DNA of 63,795 bases, filler included, from Reticulomyxa filosa (taxonomy: Eukaryota; Protista; Foraminifera), in NCBI GenBank assembly GCA_000512085.1. It is 14 parts of 14 records of this genome, joined end to end, with 100 filler letters (N's around TTAATTAATTAA, not from the genome) between each part and the next. Parts side by side here need not be neighbours in the genome. Positions count along the whole stretch, not along the records: positions 1 to 20,189 come from ASPP01022667.1; positions 20,290 to 23,521 come from ASPP01025552.1; 12 more parts are not named here. The stretch is one strand, 5' to 3'. Made by a program: the position numbers and the translations under genes. Positions within the stretch are counted from its first letter, which is position 1, and each line of letters starts with the position of its first letter. Of the stretch, positions 12,255 through 23,621 are shown piece after piece. The notes under the pieces were generated by a model. That model saw only the letters and a program-made list of their open reading frames with translations, searched no databases and was not told the origin of the DNA.

Positions 12255-15200
12255 ATGGATCTCATATCAGATTCAGATGAAGAGGATTTTGGCTTTGAAA
12301 AAGATGACGACAGCGGGTCAAACACGAGTGTGAGCAGGACAACAAACGAGGAAAACGATGAAGACGTGGATGTAAGAGTGTCAAGGAGAAGAAACCAACT
12401 CTCACAAACATTGAGTTCTGAGAGCGGATATTCGTCCAGCGAGCAAGGTGAACACAGTTCCACAGATTTGTATGCATATCCATATCCGACATCAAGTGAC
12501 GATTCGTGGGCAAGCTTGGACAGTGATGAGTGCTTACAAAAGATCATGGTGAAAATGCCAGCCAATATGCTTGCGTCCCAGCAAAAAGTAGTTGCAAAAT
12601 CGCGATCACCGTCTCTTTCTCCTTCGCAATATAGCGACCATGGGTTTGTTTTTTTTTTTTTTAAGAGTATGCACCCCTCCTTTCCCTTTCGCCGATATTG
12701 AACTTTTTTTTTGTGAAGGTAGGATATATACATATATATATGTATACATATATAAGAGAAGAGTCAGTGATTGAGCACGAATGTGACGAAGCAGCAATGG
12801 ATACAAAGCATATATCGAGAGTGATGGATAAATTTCTGGATATTGTGGAATCGTTTGAATTAGTCGTATTGTGTGAGAACTCGAACTTTAGTGTTCCTAC
12901 AGAATTGTTTATCAATGCAACAAGGAAAAAACATACCAAGGAACAAGAGCCAATGGACAGTAACGACAATGACAATAATAACAACGATAATACGAATGAT
13001 GGAAATGATAATAACAGTAATAATGACAGTGAAAATACAAATACAAATAAAAGTGGTAATGGAGGAGAGTTCTTTCCAACAAAGACTAATGGGTTGATAG
13101 AACAAGCAAGTACCGTCCCTGCAGTGACACCTTCTCCCCTTCAGAGCAGTGACGATGATGACGATGCCGATGCCGATGAGAGTGGAAGTGATGCGGGCAA
13201 AATGAAAGCGAGTGTGAGAGACTTTGACAGCAATAGCAATAACAATAACAATAACAATAACAATAACAATAGCAATAACAATAACAGCAATACCGAAAGC
13301 GAAGACATTCCAAAATATGAACAGGTCGCTGGTGTGTCTCTCAGAGTCCAAAGGCAGGGATACGATGAATCCAAAGTTATCAAAAGCAAATCGACAAAAG
13401 TCCTTTTCCACAAAACACAACAAATCACTCCAACACAAAGTACACTTTTATGTCTTTCTTCTTTGTCTACTTTTCATTTGAAAGAGATTAAAGAGAGAGA
13501 GAGAGAGCAGAACTTAAAAAATGTTCCAGAGTATACATACCAAATATGTTTATGTGCATGTATGTATACGTAATGAATTTGTTGTTTCTTCTCTTTGTCA
13601 AGGCTGGACGAAACGAAAGCGCGAGCGGTTAAAAAAGGCGAATCGAAAAGGCGACAAACACCGTACTCGAAACCGCAACGTGTTTGAAAAGGTATCTTCG
13701 CAGCCCACTCCACTGACAAGTTACAAAGCCTTGTCGTGTAAGACATTGTTGCTGCACGATGCTGGTAGTAACAGCAACAACAACAGTAACAGTAGCGCTG
13801 GTAGTGTCAAGGAACAACAATTGCCTAACACGCAGCCGAGTCAAGGCGGACACAGACGAAGGCCAAAACACACAAAGGAATCCCACAAAGAACACGGCAA
13901 GTCACAAAGCGCGGCAATCAAAATCGGTGATCAAATCTATGTCAAACGTAAAGGTGTTGCTGTTGTCCGATACATCGACACCACGTCGTCCGGCTCCAAA
14001 AAGGTGCTGTTTGGAGTGGAGCTATTGAATGAAGACGCCATTGGAGAACACGATGGAACCGTCAATGGCAAGCGCTTGTTCCAATGTCCTCCTCAAAAAG
14101 GATTACTTCTCACAAGACACGATTTCAAACCTCTTCACGATGTTTCCAAACATAACAAGGTATCTTTTCAACTTTAGGCATGCATGTACACATACTGCAC
14201 GGTACATATACACATATATACTTATATATATATAAAAAGAAAGAACGCAATCACGCATTGCTGTTTGGAAATATCGTCGGCGACGTGTTTGCTGAGCGAT
14301 TGAAAGTTGCGCGAGTGGAAAATGAAGAGCGTGTGAAGAAATTGGGTCCTCGTGATATTGGTCGCGTTAAACAAGGTTGGAAAGGGGGTGACGATGAATA
14401 TGGCTTGGATGCACACGATGACCAATCCGATTTTTTGCAGGAGCGCCTTGTTTCGAGGAATAATTCCACTCGTAATGTGTCACGGTAGTGGAAAAGAAAC
14501 TTGGCCCTCGAGATATTGGCAAAAACGTGGATGGAAAGGCGCAGAGTACAATATCGACGACAACAACGATCGTGGTTTGCTGGATGAACGCATCCCTGTT
14601 CCCAAAAAAAAAAAAGATCCGCCTGCCGCCAATCCTCCGAAAGCACGTTCCAGGAACATTCGTATGTTTATTTGCTCCCTTTTTGCATGATAAATATATT
14701 TTGCATACTCATACAAAAGGATACGTTTCTATTTGATTTGGAACATGTATACACATATCATTTTTTATATTGCTGTTCTTTACAAAAAAAGATACCCGTC
14801 GGAAAGGTACTGATGGCGAATATAGACAAGGCATTTCTCATAAGCACTTACAATCAGGGCCTATTACTTCGAGTCAAAAACTTATGCAGTCACGAAGAGA
14901 GATGCAAAAACCAAAAACAATGACTCCCAGAGCAAGTCCTAGCGCACGTGAAAAGGATCAACGCTCTCGTCCAAATGAACAGAAAACATCATCTGCTAAA
15001 AAACCTACCAAAACGGACAACCGACAATCCAGTACACAAAATGCAAGTCATTCTGTTAGTAATACCTCAAAGAATGCATCCCAAGAATCGACCACACCCC
15101 AAAATACAAAGCCAGCCGATGTTCGAGAAAAGAAATTTGGTATATATGTGTATGTGTACAGGTTTATATACATCCTTTTTTTTTGTTCTGTGTGCCACAA

Positions 15201-15399
15201 AAAAAAAGGCCCTCGTGAACGTAAACAAAATGAGAAACGCCAAAAAGTAAAAAAACTTAACGAAACTGAAGATTCACGAGATTTTTTAGCAGAAAGGTTT
15301 TTAAAACCACGAAGTATGACCACCGAAAGTGCTGTCAAAGCGAAAACTCCTCGAGTTACAAGAGTAAAGCGAGGCGAACAAAACATTGAAGAAAAATAA
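12255..15399 (+). CDS. Large low-complexity, multi-exon CAP-Gly domain protein with C-terminal peptide repeats (apparent frameshifts)
   Basis: CAP-Gly at ~13915-14110: IKIGDQIYVKRKGVAVVRYID...LFGVELLNEDAIGEHDGTVNGKRLFQCPPQKGLLL. Acidic and Asn-rich N-terminus. GT-AG introns rich in TA repeats. Confidence 0.75.
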
Positions 15400-16090
15400 A
15401 TTTATGTATATTTTGTATTCAAAGTTGGCTTTATTCTTTTTTTGACTTTCTATTTTTTTTCTCTTTGTCTTTTTGTGAAACGAAAATGCATCTTTTTATT
15501 CTTTGTGCAGTTTATTGAAACATTTTGTGTTTGATTTTACAAATGATGAGTCCCACCTTCTTAAACAGGATGTTTATATATATTTCCACAAACAATTTTT
15601 GATAGTGTCTTTTATATGGTTCTTTAACTCGCAAGGAATAGATTTTACGATTTTAAAGAAAGCAATGCTAAAACTTTGACTATTTTTCTTACATTATTGT
15701 ATAATTTTGTACATTCAAATTTTTTCAGCCATTAAAATGAAGAATATTTTTTGCAATAGTCACAAAAAAGTTCAACAGATGATAAAACTCTTTTTTATGC
15801 ACTAGATGAGACAATTTTATCTGGTGATTGATCACTCAAACATACAAATGTTTTTTGAATTGAACAGGGACAGAAGAAATGTATAGTGTAAAAATGTCAA
15901 TTATTTTGAAGTTGATAAGTGTTGACACGTCATGAACCGAAGATCAACCCCTTTTAAAAAACATTCAAAAAAAGCAATTGATTTTCACTTCCCCAAGAAG
16001 TTTTGGACACCATTCTTATGCACGATTTTTTTTTTGGTTTAATTCGTAAATGGCTTTGTTTCACAGAAAAAAAAGTAATAAAATAAAGGA

Positions 16091-16903
16091 TTAAACAGGA
16101 AGTTGCATATTGATTCCCAAATATCTGGCCTTCAAGTAATAATACAAGAAATCGCTATAAAGAGCAGTCTGTACGATACCGGCTGTCCAAGCAATGGGGT
16201 CCCAGTAGTTGGGTTCTGTTGCATAGCGATAGATCCAATTCAAAAGATACAGCGCTCGGTAGCTGCCTAAACAAAAGACATAATGGCTTGTGATATTTCG
16301 GACAGTGCCTTGGTGTTCACGTGCTATTTTTTGCACCATTACCAATTGCGGCAATATTGCCACGCTCTGTTGTGTAACAATTCCAAAAACGATCAGTTGC
16401 GTTTTATTTGTTTGTTTTTTTAAGGATTTTCTCGTTATTTCAAACAAGAATTTTTTTTTGTTAAAAGCCTCCGCTCTAATAAAGTAAATAACAAATAAGT
16501 AACAAAAAACCTCTAAGTAAATGGAAAATGCCCACAATATTTCAAAGGGTGTAAATGCCACATGAAAGAGCAAGGCTAAGATAAAACAAGGAATCACTAG
16601 AAACCATCCCTTGAAAGAGTCCAACTTAGCATCATACGTTTTCTTATAGGGATCTTTGAATTTCATCCAATAAATTATTATGATACTTGTTGTGATAAAT
16701 ATTACCTTAAAAATCCAATTGTATATGCTCCAAAAATTCCAGAACAAGTCCAAATAACGACAACAAAAAACTAATGCATAGAGCGCTTGCGTTTGGAAAG
16801 AAATGCCAGCACAACTCTTTGTGCCGTAGATTTGGATTAATACGATTATCACGCTTGCCAGGTGCATAAAGTCACCACACATGCGAATAAATGTTATTGT
16901 CAT
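16091..16903 (-). CDS. ERD2: ER lumen protein-retaining (KDEL) receptor; one 144-nt stop-free intron (16367-16510), giving 222 aa
   Basis: Motifs RMCGDFMHLAS, KSCAGISFQTQALYALVFCCRYLDLF, EILWAFSIYLE|SVAILPQL, ITSHYVFCLGSYRALYLLNWIYRY, GIVQTALYSDFLYYY. Removing GTTTTT...ACAG restores the canonical YLESVAILPQL. Confidence 0.95.
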   Translation of the reverse strand: MTITFIRMCGDFMHLASVIIVLIQIYGTKSCAGISFQTQALYALVFCCRYLDLFWNFWSIYNWIFKVIFITTSIIIIYWMKFKDPYKKTYDAKLDSFKGWFLVIPCFILALLFHVAFTPFEILWAFSIYLEVFCYLFVIYFIRAEAFNKKKFLFEITRKSLKKQTNKTQLIVFGIVTQQSVAILPQLVMVQKIAREHQGTVRNITSHYVFCLGSYRALYLLNWIYRYATEPNYWDPIAWTAGIVQTALYSDFLYYYLKARYLGINMQLPV

Positions 16904-17218
16904 CGCTTTTGATATGAGGCTGAATAAGTTTCTTTTTTGTCCTTTTTTTGACTGCTTCTCGAACGTGAGAAAAAAACTGCGTAATTATTTCTTTAACTTA
17001 TTTTTCTTTACTTAATTTGAAAATTGTTGTTTTTCTTTTTTTTCATAGTTACTCTGCTTTCATACAGATAGCAAAAATTGTTAAAGCTGCATAATGTAGA
17101 CATTTGAAATCTTAAACGCGCAGAAAATTTGAAGAAAAGTGCTGCTCGATTTTACTTAAACAGACAACACAACGAAAAAGGGTTACCAAAGCTTCTGTGA
17201 ATTTGCCAAATTTGAAAG

Positions 17219-18284
17219 ATGAGCCGTAGCTCACATAAGCTCCAAAAGACTCCTCTTAGCGCTAATAATTTTGGCTCTTCGGCAGAATTGGTTAGTAAAC
17301 CGTACAAGATCCGAGAGGTTTATACTTTGCACAAATTTGGAACAGTAGAAGCAGGTATATATCGAGCATCTTCAAATCAAATAACACCTGATCATCACAA
17401 ATTCATTGATTCACTAAACTTAAAGTCAATATTATTTTTATCACAAGAAGTGCCCAATGTGTCATTGCGGCAATACTTGCAAAAGCGAAACTATTCGCTC
17501 TACAAAGATAAAGGCGACAATCAACAAGAAGAGAACGAACCGTTGGCAAAATTGTACTTTGCCCCGGGATATATGTACTGGCAAGACAGTCACACATGGA
17601 ACGTCAACACTGATAAATTGATAATCGAAAAATGTTTATTGTTCATTTTGAACAAGCTTCACTTGCCAGGTTTAGTTGTTGGATTTTGAGATATGTTCAC
17701 TCCGCTCGGATACCAATAAAAAAACAAAAAAATTTTGCAACATTTTCTCGTTTCCACAAATATATCTTAAATTTATATATGTGTTATGTGTTTAATATTC
17801 GCCTCTTGCGATATAGTATTGATATTAAACAACCATGGCAAATTTGAAATCAGTACTTTGATCGGTTGTTTGAGACGTTTGCAAAATTGGAATTTGACAA
17901 GCATTTTCAAAGAATATCACATTTTTGTTGGGGGTCACAGGCGTGTGAATTTGCAGTTAATTGAAACTTTTGATCATGATAAGCGCTTTTACGGACAAAG
18001 TTGCTACTTTGGATAAAGTTGGCTTGTTGCCAAGTTGGTTTAAGGACCAAATAGAAATGAATCAAGAGGATGTGTTAGAAATCAAAAAACAAATTTGGAA
18101 AAAGTTTCAATCCAAACTTCAGGCACAAAACAAAACCCAAGAAACAGATCAAGAAAAAACTGCTCTCCCCAAAAAAGATTCGTCCGACTACAAGGAGTTT
18201 ATGCTTGATATTAGCAAAGCACCGCTAGTATGTAGTGAAGATCAGTTCACCAAAGTTAGTATTATTAAACCTCCTGAGAAATGA
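17219..18284 (+). CDS. Siw14/OCA-family atypical dual-specificity phosphatase homologue, predicted inactive; intron 17670-17816; apparent frameshift at TTTT 17987-17990
   Basis: FGTVEAGIYRAS, FIDSLNLKSILFLSQE, LHLP|VLILNNHGKFEISTLIGCLRRLQNWNLTSIFKEY, then LLPSWF in the shifted frame. Confidence 0.8.
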
Positions 18285-20189
18285 TCATTGAATATTTCCA
18301 AATTTTTCTTTTTTAAAATTTTCCCAAGGGGACCTCAAGCCAACTATTGTTATTTTCACTTTTTGTCTCATTTCACCAATTTTTAAAGGACAAAGGAAAG
18401 CGTTAAAATGCAAAAAAGAGATATATGTTAATTTGCGCTTCTTTCACGATTCAGTTCCAGAAAAAAGAAGAACAATCACAGTATTTTAAGTGCATAATAA
18501 ATTACAATCCGACTTATACTTAATCAGTTGACTAGAGGAGATATTTGAGTTGTTAAGTTTAAAACAAAATTACTTTATTTTTGAAATATCTAAAAGAATC
18601 GAGCGTCGCAGCTGGATGAAGAGATATACACTTCATATATGTGCAACGCGAAAATCCAACTCAATTGACGATGCATGATATCTGAAGAGGAGATTTTAAA
18701 ATGAATTTATTTTTTAAAATACTTTTAAATTTCTTCAATTTCAAATTGATAACTTTGGTATGTTTGTGTTAAAATTGCAATATGTGTGGCTAGTATTGAT
18801 TTTGTTTTGAAAAGATATTCAATAATTTAACAATACATGATATAATTCAAATTAGTCTTTGGTCTTGATTAATTCTATGTCAATTATCTTTGGGAATTTA
18901 CTCTTGTTATTATTTATGATGTGACTTTTTTTAGGTGGATTGAGTGTCAAGGTATTGGAGTATTCATTGATTCATTATAAACTTGCAATGATTTTTGCAT
19001 GCACAAACTTTCGAGTTAAAAGAGAATATCTTTTTTGAAGCTTTTGCACTGGGAAAAAAAAAATATTTACTACATCAATCATTGATATTAACTTTACTTT
19101 AAAAGTAGATTTTTAAGAGATTGTGCTTGTAAGTGTAAAGATACTTCGCCATCTTAAAATTTTGAAAAAAATTTTGAAAATTGAGATTTGGAATTTTGAA
19201 ACGAGAATATCATTAAAGATTGGAAAAGTCGAGAACAAGGAAAACTCAAGAGAAACTTTTTTACTACTTGAAAATCTTTTATAGTTGTATAAAATTTTTT
19301 TATAGTATTTTTTTGAGCATTGTGAAAATCGTGGAAGTGCTAACAAAAAAGCGATTTGGAAGGCTTATCGCTAAATAAAGATATAGTGAGCAAAGCTTTA
19401 ATCGATGACCGCTATACTCAGAACTAGAAACAAAGTCTCTTAAAGAATTTCTTTTATCAGCCAGTATTTTGTATTTGAAAAAGAGGCCTTCTGGAGCAAT
19501 AAAACTTTTGACTATAATTCAAAATGAAAGATGTTGATGTTGCATATTGTGATTACAAGGCATCAAATGGGAACTTAAAGCATGAATAAAATCGGATATT
19601 GAGTAGGTTATTTAGTAATTCTGGCATTGGTATTAATCAATCTGGGATTTAAGCATTGCAAAGACTATCGACAATCAGTAATGCAAATAGATATTGATAA
19701 TACATGATTTACAAGAGAAAGCGAAAATTGTCAGAAGATGAAGTTTCCAATAGGAACGCAAAGAAACGAAGAATAATTAACAATCTTCGCAAACGTAATT
19801 ACAAGTTGCTTTGCACTGGAAGTGAATGAGAAAAAGAAAATTAATGTGGAAATACAAGTCAAGAATTCGACATAATTTCATGTGTTCATCATCAATATTG
19901 GTGATAACATTAATTCATTATTATATATTCTCAATTGATTCAGACCTGAATTAGAGGAAGTGGACAGATTTGAAAATATTACAGTAGTAACGGTGACTTT
20001 TGCGAAATCAGAAGAATGATGAACATTTGAATGAAAATGAACAACTGAAAATCAAATTACACATTGCAAGAAAAGGTGCAAAGACAAAGCGGAGATGTTG
20101 GTGTCATGACTTTCTCAACATCCACAACCACCAAGTTATTCTGAAGAACGAAAGAACATTACCAATTGGTGGAAGATGAAATCACAGCA

Positions 20190-20289
20190 NNNNNNNNNNN
20201 NNNNNNNNNNNNNNNNNNNNNNNNNNNNNNNNNTTAATTAATTAANNNNNNNNNNNNNNNNNNNNNNNNNNNNNNNNNNNNNNNNNNNN
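20190..20289. other. Artificial contig-joining spacer (44 N + TTAATTAATTAA + 44 N), first of 13
   Basis: Identical spacers at 23522-23621, 27871-27970, 29637-29736, 31360-31459, 34116-34215, 44366-44465, 50982-51081, 52338-52437, 53531-53630, 56840-56939, 59952-60051 and 61822-61921. The palindromic 12-mer has TAA stops in all six frames. Confidence 0.98.
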
Positions 20290-20990
20290 TTTTTCTTGTG
20301 TTTGTACTGCTAATTCAACTTCCAAATGCTGAGAACATGACGAACAAGGGCTATTTGAATGACAGCATTCAACTAGTCAATGTACTGTTCAATCGTTTGC
20401 ATCAATGTCTGTTTCATCCAATGAAAACACAGTCGAGTTTGAAACTGGTCACTTCTTGTCGTGCGGCCATGGCGAGGGCAAGAGTGAAAACCGTAATCAC
20501 AACCATGGCGGCACGAGTGCCGATACGACCATAGCGGAGTCGAAACAGAAAAACACAGACGTGGAGGAAACAAAAGAGCAAAACTATTGGCTGACTGACG
20601 AATGGCGCTTAGGAATATGCGAGTAACTGTTGCACACCGACGCCACATTGATCCATCAATTGTTGATCGCGTCGATCAAAATCCGACTGGATACGTACAT
20701 TCGCAGACAAAAAGCGCTCGAAGATCTCATGCAGTCCCGAGTGGCCATGTAATACTTGTTTGGGATTTTGTTTCTCCATCTGAGCGGACAACGATGTTGC
20801 TCCAGTCTTCAAATAAATCACTTGTTGAGTTCGAGTTTGCAATACATCACCTTCTGTTACAGACGATCCAAAGACAAACACATTTTGCAATACTTACTCT
20901 CTAGCGATTTGAGTATTGTCTATGCCATGCTTGATTCTGATGATCAAAAGATATTGCAATATGCCAAACAGACATTTATTATACAATCCG
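20290..20990 (+). pseudogene. Disrupted coding remnant of an unknown helical protein
   Basis: Protein-like frame ...YWLTDEWRLGICE*LLHTDATLIHQLLIASIKIRLDTYIRRQKALEDLMQSRVAM*YLFGILFLHL... with in-frame TAA at 20624-20626 and 20750-20752, plus an upstream frameshift. Confidence 0.5.
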
Positions 20991-21069
20991 TTTTGTATCA
21001 AACATATATATGTGTATATAATTATATATTTACATAATTATATGTACATATTTTTAGATCTCCTTATAA

Positions 21070-22045
21070 TACAACGATTATGGCGGTAACTTTGCGTCAT
21101 ATCTTCAGTCGGCACGTGTTAATCGGCGTTTTGCTTGCTTGCACTTACATTGGAAAAACCATCACAATCATCATCGACCCTGTCTGCAGTGATATGCACT
21201 GCGTGCTCGGTGTACGGGTCCATAATATCTCAAGTGCTGATGAGCTTGCAGCCACGAATCATCTTCTTCGTCAAATTTTTGTGCGAATAGACGCTCATTT
21301 CTTCCTTCAGCTTGTGACTCTTCACGCATTGCAAGGTTATTTGCATCACCACGCCCAAGCTACCCAGGCCCACGCGGACAAACGGAAATATGTCCGAGCT
21401 GTCGTCTTCTTGTTCGCATGACACCACCTGCTACGCATTGCAAGGATAGATTATTTGCAATCAATGTCACCACTTGCGTGTTGCAAGGGCCTATGTCCAA
21501 TCCCGTTTCGTGCGCTCACTTGCGTCAAACCGCCCATTTGCTGCGTCACTATCGATGGAATGTTTTCAAACGTCATTATTGCTTCAGCACCTGCTTCACC
21601 GTACAATCACTTTGCACTGTCACTTGTAGAGTCTTCGCATTGATGCATTAACATGCGATTCATTTTATGTAAATTTATCATTTATTTTTTTTGGAAAAAT
21701 GACAACAAAAAAAAAAAAAAATAAAAATATTATAAGTCATTTTGAAATTTTTTCTCCAAAGATTTAAAAAATTGAATATTCTTTTGTTTTCCAAAATATC
21801 TTTCTTTACTTTCCCTTTTTATCTACCTTTTTTTTGTAAAAAAAATGGATACCTTCATTAGACAAACCGATCCCGTTTGTAGACAGCACACTTCCGACAG
21901 TCCTTATTTTCAGTTGTCGATATAGATACGCGTTATATCCAATCACAGTCGTATTAAAAGCAAGAAAGCTGCGCTGTTGAAGCTCCTCCTTTCTGTTGTA
22001 TAGCATGCTTCCGGAAACAGTGAAAATGCGCTTCAATTTTTGCAT
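21070..22045 (-). pseudogene. GLDH: L-galactono-1,4-lactone dehydrogenase (GLDH-type FAD-linked aldonolactone oxidoreductase) pseudogene, 5' half
   Basis: KIRTVGSVLSTNGIGLSNEG; INAKTLQVTVQSDCTVKQVLKQ*; MTFENIPSIVTQQMGGLTQVSA / TGLDIGPCNTQVVTL (frameshift through the HGTG motif); FPFVRVGLGSLGVVMQITLQCVKSHKLKEE. These match plant GLDH motifs. Stops, frameshifts and deletions are present. Confidence 0.8.
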
Positions 22046-23621
22046 CAATGATATTTTTTCTTTTTTATTTACAAAAAAATTTATAAAAAAACCCCGTTCG
22101 TAGTCATTTTAAGCTCACTTCTTTCTATTGTCATCTCAGTCTCATGGATTTGATTTAAGAAGGTTTACATTATTTAAGTTTTTTTGTACAAAGCAATATT
22201 TTGGAAAATTTATTTTCATTAAAAAAAAGATTTGTTTTTTTTGATAGAACTAATAATTTGTTATTTACTTGAGGATACAGACTTTAAATACAAGAAAGAG
22301 TCTTAGACAAAGAGCTACGAAAAAGTATGTTCAATCTTTTTTTGTTGGCTTTAATTGCCCCTATGTTGATCATCAGAAAAAACATTCATATACAAAATGA
22401 ATTCTAATCTTGAAGGTTTGTTTTTTTTTAATGTACAAGTTATTCGTAAAAAATAAACAAAAAGATGTAAGTCTTGATTAAACGGACCGAAACAAAAATA
22501 GACAAGCAGATCATAGCAAGTACTGACCAAATTCAATATTCACATTATTGCAGGCAAAAAAAAACGAAGCAATACGTTGATGCAACGAATCACAGAAAAG
22601 CTATATTCCAGCTTTTATCATTTTCAGATAACCCAAAGAAAAGAACATTTTTGGCTTCACATGGCTCACCAAAAAGAACATTTGCAGTTTAGCACTAATA
22701 CGGACGATGCGTTGGGAGTAAAGGCCTTGTTTGATGGTGTATGTTTAGTGTAGGTTTGGATGTTTTGGGTGAGGGGAGCTAGGCATACGTAAATGAAAGA
22801 AATATTGTGATGATATTGTATGATCGATTTGAAGTGCTGAACACAATCGAATTGGAAGAAAAAATAAGTGGAAGTAAGTCTGGAATGTATTGTGAGAAAA
22901 AGAAATGAGAGGGGTCATTATTTCAATAAGGGCAATTGCGTAGTACTTGCAAAGCGAATGAAATAGTGATGTGTCCGGTGAAGGATATAATCGATAAATA
23001 TCATGAAGGGCTGGATGGAACAGTCAGGACGACATAAATATTCGAATTCGTCGAATCAAATCGGAATGGGAACACGCAAACCCAAAATATGCAAGCTAAT
23101 ACAAAAATATGAACAGCAAGCAAACACGCATGAAAAACAACAGAATTGAAACGATTGAAATCAAAGCAACGTCATCTTTTTGATGGATTGCAATCATCGA
23201 CTCGTCCAGCATTTGCACATATTGAAATTGAAAGCAGAATGGTCCGACCACTCATATCCTTCCAATGATGTCCAAGTCCCCCAATCGGAACAGTTAGGAA
23301 CGAATATCCCTATTTGGAGAAGGCAGTCTTATATGTCCATGTCAAGGAGACATAAAATTCAAAAAGTGAATCCATATGACAGCTATGATAATGTTGACAA
23401 TGATGACAATAATAATAATAATAATAATGATAACGATAATGATAACAAAACCAAAACAAAAGAAAAAGAAACATTAGCATTACAGCAAAAAGGTGCAATT
23501 CATATTTGGAATGAAGTGTTTNNNNNNNNNNNNNNNNNNNNNNNNNNNNNNNNNNNNNNNNNNNNTTAATTAATTAANNNNNNNNNNNNNNNNNNNNNNN
23601 NNNNNNNNNNNNNNNNNNNNN

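Noticed and set aside
12860-13438. Antisense ORFs rich in poly-Leu, Ile/Val or Cys/Tyr (also 23959-24551, 25548-26161, 44472-45235)
   Set aside because: These are shadows of trinucleotide and hexanucleotide repeats encoding Asn/Gln/Asp tracts on the opposite strand.
18600-18690. GC-richer island resembling a C/D-box snoRNA (GGATGA...CTGA)
   Set aside because: Box C is imperfect, there is no terminal stem and no recognisable rRNA guide; not supportable without a covariance search.
19460-20189. Possible decayed retroelement or gene remnant (similar weak signals at 780-1330, 22700-23520 and 62300-63000)
   Set aside because: Coding-like composition but no motif that can be assigned with confidence.
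20624-21580. TAA reassigned to an amino acid (alternative genetic code)
   Set aside because: Intact genes such as ERD2 and the DPBB gene end in TAA, and the in-frame TAAs co-occur with frameshifts in a decayed contig.
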